A stretch of 63,346 nt of DNA, the filler included, from Saprolegnia diclina VS20 (taxonomy: Eukaryota): assembly GCF_000281045.1 (NCBI RefSeq). It is 6 parts of 2 records of this genome, joined end to end, with 100 filler letters (N's around TTAATTAATTAA, not from the genome) between each part and the next. Parts side by side here need not be neighbours in the genome. Positions count along the whole stretch, not along the records: positions 59,267 to 61,788 come from NW_008246085.1; positions 61,889 to 63,346 come from NW_008246085.1; 4 more parts are not named here. The stretch is one strand, 5' to 3'. The position numbers and the translations under genes are program-made. Each line of letters begins with the position of its first letter. The first letter of the stretch is position 1. The notes beneath the pieces are model-generated. The model saw only the letters and a list, made by a program, of their open reading frames with translations. It searched no databases and was not told the DNA's origin. Below are positions 59,167 to 63,346 of this stretch, piece after piece.

Positions 59167-59266
59167 NNNNNNNNNNNNNNNNNNNNNNNNNNNNNNNNNN
59201 NNNNNNNNNNTTAATTAATTAANNNNNNNNNNNNNNNNNNNNNNNNNNNNNNNNNNNNNNNNNNNN
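59167..59266. other. Assembly gap with linker
   Basis: N run, TTAATTAATTAA, N run. Confidence 0.98.
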
Positions 59267-61788
59267 CATGAGAAGAAAATATGGTAAATCAATAAATGGC
59301 TTTATTGTCCTAATCAAGGACGACGCCGAGTGCCGCAGCGTCCTCAAACGATGCACCAGGCCATGAAATGTGGGTCGCAAGAATAAGAGGGCGAGTCTCC
59401 GCAGTCAGTTGACATGGGCACATGAGAAGAAAATATGGTAAATCAATAAATGGCTTTACTAGGGTTAACCTCGTGTTTTCTTGGGGCAGGTTTTGGTCGA
59501 GCACTTTGGTTGAGGTTTTGCATTGGGGTAGCGTGCAATCTAGCGGTGGGATCGCGTACTACGTGTGACGTAGTTTGGATTCGGTGGACGGGATCATGTG
59601 CATTGAAGCTCAACGTACCCTGCCCCAAACCTCGCGTTTTCTTGGGGCTGGGTGTGGTTGGTCTTTGTGGTTGAGGTGGGGCATAGGGCCGGTGGGCCAT
59701 CTAGCGGTCTTTATGCGTAGCATGCGTAGTGGTTTGATTCGTGGAAAAGGTTTGCGCAGGTTCTGGCGCTTTTTTATTTCAGTTTGGTATCGGGGCCGCG
59801 TGCAACCTAGCGGTGTGTCTGTGTCGTAGCTTGGACAGTGTGGAATAATCAACATTGTAGGATGTATAACGTTCATGAGGTGGTTTAAAGAATCGCTACT
59901 CAAATTTGCAGGCCGAGCAATTCTACTGTGACAGGCGCGGCTGCTGCACGCGCGCCTCGCCTGGAGATGCAGTAGCGGGCGCGGTCGCCGCCTTGGTTTG
60001 CTGCCGTCGCCTCTGCCTCGCGGCGATATTCCGCTTGAGCTCCTTGGCCTCCTCGATCAGAGTAGATGTCGCCAGGGCGCATGCAGCTTCGCGATTCCGC
60101 TGCTCGCACTTGCGCTCAGCCACAGAGCCTGGCGTCCACACCATGATCGGATCTTCTGCTCTGTGCTTGACGTGCGGATTGCAATAGCAACCTGCAAAGC
60201 AAACGTAACATCCAGATACGATTCTAACATCGCGATCAAACTCATTGATCTAACACCACGCGTGACATTGAGGTCCCGCGCTATCGCGCAGGCCCCAACG
60301 ATACCAAATGCACTCGCTACGCTCGTACATTGCGCTATCACGCACAGTATCCTACCACACTGCCGTGCACTATCGCAAGTGCACACGCTAAACTCAGGAT
60401 TAGCGCTGCGCGCATCGATGGCACATGCATCCCTACCGCTCAAACGCGCGGACCCCAGCTATCGCTGGGTGCACTCGCTGCGCTCGTGGTTTGCGCTATC
60501 GCGCAAAAAAGTTGTTATTCACTTAAAAGATAGACTAGGGTTAACCTCGTGTTTTCTTGGGGCAGGTTTTGGTCGAGCTCTTTGGTTGAGGTTTTGCATT
60601 GGGGTAGCGTGCAATCTAGCGGAGGGATCGTGTACTACGTGTGACGTAGTTTGGACTCGTCGGTGGACGGGGTCATGTGCATTGAAGTTCAACGTACCTG
60701 CCCCAAACCTCGGGTTTTCTTGGGGCAGGGTGTGGTTGGTCTTTGTGGTTGAGGTGGGGCATAGGGCCGGTGGGCCATCTAGCGGTCTTTCTGCGTCGCA
60801 TGCGCAGTGGTTTGATCCATGTAGAAGGTTTGTGCAGGTGCTGTCGCGCTTTTTGATTTCAGTTTGGTATTGGGGCCGCGTGCAACCTAGCGGTATGTCT
60901 GTGTCGTAGCTTGGACAGTGTGGATGCCTTCCACCCTTACGGGCTCTTGTACTATGCATGTCCAACGCACCCTTCCTACTGCAAACACGCATTCACATGG
61001 CGAATGTGTGATGGACGCGTGCGACGGACGCGACCTCCGCTTCGTTGCGGTGCCCAGCGGGCCGCTACCGGCCGTCACCCGGAAACGACACTGCGGTGCA
61101 ACCTCCACTGTGCTACGGTGCACCTGGTGGATTCTTTGTAGGGCTCCAGTGGTATCAACGTCAAATTTATTTTCTATTGTGCGGTGATGTTGGTGCATCG
61201 TCCCAATCTCGCTTAGATGTGGATTATTGTTATTGTTAGAGCCATCGCCGGGAAGAGCTCTTTCTTAGCCGCTTCAACCTTCGCATCGTTTCGGCACTCG
61301 GGTCCAGTACTGCATAGCAGGACGCTTCGTGCATAGAGGCCACAGCAGCTTGATCAACATTGCAGGATGGATAACGTTCATGAGGTGGTTTAAAGAATCG
61401 CTACTCGGATTTGCAGGCCCAGCGATTCTACTGTGACGGGCGCGGCCGCTCGACGCGCGCGCTTCGCCTGGAGGCGCAGTGGCGGTCGCGGTCAACGCAT
61501 TAGTTCGCTGCCGTCGCCTCTGCCCCGCGTCGATTTTCCGCTTTAGGTCCTTGGTCACATCGAACGCAGTCGCTACTGCCGCTGCGCTCGCAGCATGGCG
61601 CTGCTGCGACTACCGCACGCGCTGCGCCCCGACACGCTCGGCCTCTCCATGGCCGAGTCTCCTATTCTGTGCTTGACGCGCGGATTGCGATAGAAACCTG
61701 CAAGGCAACCGTAACATCCAGATACGATTCTAACATCGCGAACAAACTCATTGATCTAACACCATGCGTCGTATTGAGGTCACGCGCT
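59267..61788. repeat. Composite direct repeat: block A at 59458-59844 and 60534-60924; block B at 59848-60283 and 61353-61788; 38-nt duplication at 59267 and 59421
   Basis: Shared start actagggttaacctcgtg, shared end gtgtcgtagcttggacagtgtgga, and block B atcaacattg…gaatcgctact…ctcattgatctaacacca. No convincing coding frame. Confidence 0.85.
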
Positions 61789-61888
61789 NNNNNNNNNNNN
61801 NNNNNNNNNNNNNNNNNNNNNNNNNNNNNNNNTTAATTAATTAANNNNNNNNNNNNNNNNNNNNNNNNNNNNNNNNNNNNNNNNNNNN
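61789..61888. other. Assembly gap with linker
   Basis: N run, TTAATTAATTAA, N run. Confidence 0.98.
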
Positions 61889-61970
61889 GGGGATAATTTG
61901 AATGAGAAGAATGTGTTTGAAAATGAAGTTATGAATTTGAAAAAGAGTATTTTTGTGAAGGAAGAGGAGT

Positions 61971-61993
61971 GGGAGGGTGGGAGGGTGGGAGGG
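61971..61993 (+). other. G-quadruplex-forming motif (GGGAGGGT)3
   Basis: GGG-A-GGG-T-GGG-A-GGG-T-GGG-A-GGG: six G3 tracts with 1-nt loops. Confidence 0.7.
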
Positions 61994-62069
61994 TATATAG
62001 ATGTTTTTCAAATTTCATGATCGAATTAGGCTACGAAATTTTGTGTGTAGTTTAAGGACGATGTGAATA

Positions 62070-62430
62070 AGTATCTTTCGAAGTTTGACCCTAGCATTGT
62101 TTCTAGTGATGGAGATATTTGTCATTTTCTTTGGAAATGCAAAACACAAATTTGACGATGTTCCTCGCTGTGTTGGAGTCTCAAACTTTCAAAGATACAT
62201 CACAGAGGTGTGGTAAGGTATCTTTTAAAGATTGGCGTTCATACGGTCTATATTGATGGAGAAAATTGTCATCCAATTTGGAGTTTTGACACATGGAATT
62301 TGACGATGTTGCACTTGGCGTTCGTGTCCCATACTTTCTGTGTCGTGTTGTACTAGTGTAAGCAGGTATCTTGCGAAGTTTGGCGTCCGTACGGGCAATA
62401 TTGATGTAGAAAATTGTCATTCAATTTGCT
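62070..62430. repeat. Degenerate AT-rich tandem repeat, period about 148 nt
   Basis: tatctt..aag.ttg at about 62072, 62220 and 62367; aatttgacgatgtt at about 62149 and 62297; gaaaattgtcat.caattt at about 62262 and 62409. Confidence 0.6.
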
Positions 62431-63346
62431 TGAGCTAGAGTGGCTCCACATCGTCATTATGATTATGCACCATCCAAAATAGCGTAATCATGCGAGCAAT
62501 CAAATAGTGTTTCTATCACTACACTAGGACGTGAATAGCTGTCGTTTGTCCTGCAGGAAATAATTGAAGTCTTGATCTGTGCTAACGAAATGGCTATCGC
62601 ACAATGGCGGGGACTAGTAGGAGGAGGGCAAACTCCTTAGGAGTGGCTATCTCAGGCCACAGAGCGAGTCTACGCACAAGTCTTACATCGTTGGGTAGGT
62701 ATTTACGAGGCAAAGTAGAATATTAAATGTAGGATACTCCATGACAATATTGTACATGGTCAAACCTGTTTAAACTACTTAGCTCTTGCCACAGGGCGAA
62801 TCCAGACACAAGCGCGACATAATCTGAAAGCCTGAAGAATTGCCCGTCGAATAAAAAACAATTTGATGGTCCATGACGGTTTTGTACTCAGCTAGAGTCA
62901 CTCCAACGACCGGAAAATACTAAAATTTGCTACAGGACGATTCACGCTTAGAGAGCTACATATTTGGACTCCCCACGACTTGGCTAGTCTAGATCAAGAA
63001 AGTTTGATAATATTTGAACGACAAAGTGTGCATCGACGGACTTAAAACGGCTCTAGCTCTAAAACTAGGATGAATATAGCCACAAACTCAACGAATTCGG
63101 ACTCCCCGTGTTGTATAGAAGCGAGTACAATATTGTCTATATCCGGAAAACGTTTCTATCCGGATGTAGTTTTAGGTCGGAATATCCGGATGGTCGACCC
63201 ATAAAAAGGTAGCATTTTTGGTGGCGCATCTTGTCATGTAAAAATTTGTTAAAATATCTTAGGTTTAAGTGGTGTAAAACGCGTTTTACGTTTCGCGTCC
63301 ATTCACTAAAACGTGTTTAAATCCTGAACCAGGTGGTCTAAACTAT

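Noticed and set aside
59267..61788. CRISPR-like or coding interpretation of the repeats (for example ORF 59998-60909)
   Set aside because: No constant short repeat with unique spacers, the context is eukaryotic, and the reading frames are not conserved between the two copies.

Overview
Eukaryotic, GC-rich, gene-dense DNA with very short (about 30-55 nt) GT-AG introns. The gene content (START+FYVE-like family, GCT..AMD..A..G-type ankyrins, cAMP-receptor-like GPCR, centriolar proteins) points to an oomycete, probably Saprolegniaceae (inference). By joining ORF fragments at GT..AG introns I can support about 27 protein-coding genes, one tRNA-Arg(TCT), arrays of an extended CCAAT motif in divergent promoters, several repeats and five 100-nt assembly gaps with a TTAATTAATTAA linker. 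The most striking element is a roughly 3,500-aa, 20-intron HECT E3 ligase (11786-23339). It carries an embedded protein-L-isoaspartyl methyltransferase (PIMT/PCMT)-like domain together with PUB-like, UBA, SPRY, CUB-like, WWE and SH3b-like modules, and could be a self-contained damaged-protein sensing and ubiquitination machine. It lies tail-to-tail with a secreted protein of about nine Cys-paired repeats ending in an HPD-less J domain. Other notable items are a centriolin-like LRR/coiled-coil protein fused to a C2 domain, a BCL7-like protein, an F-box/TBC protein with altered catalytic fingers, and a head-to-head inverted pair of membrane-protein paralogues with a sharply bounded near-identical tract. 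All domain calls are by-eye motif recognition, not database results.
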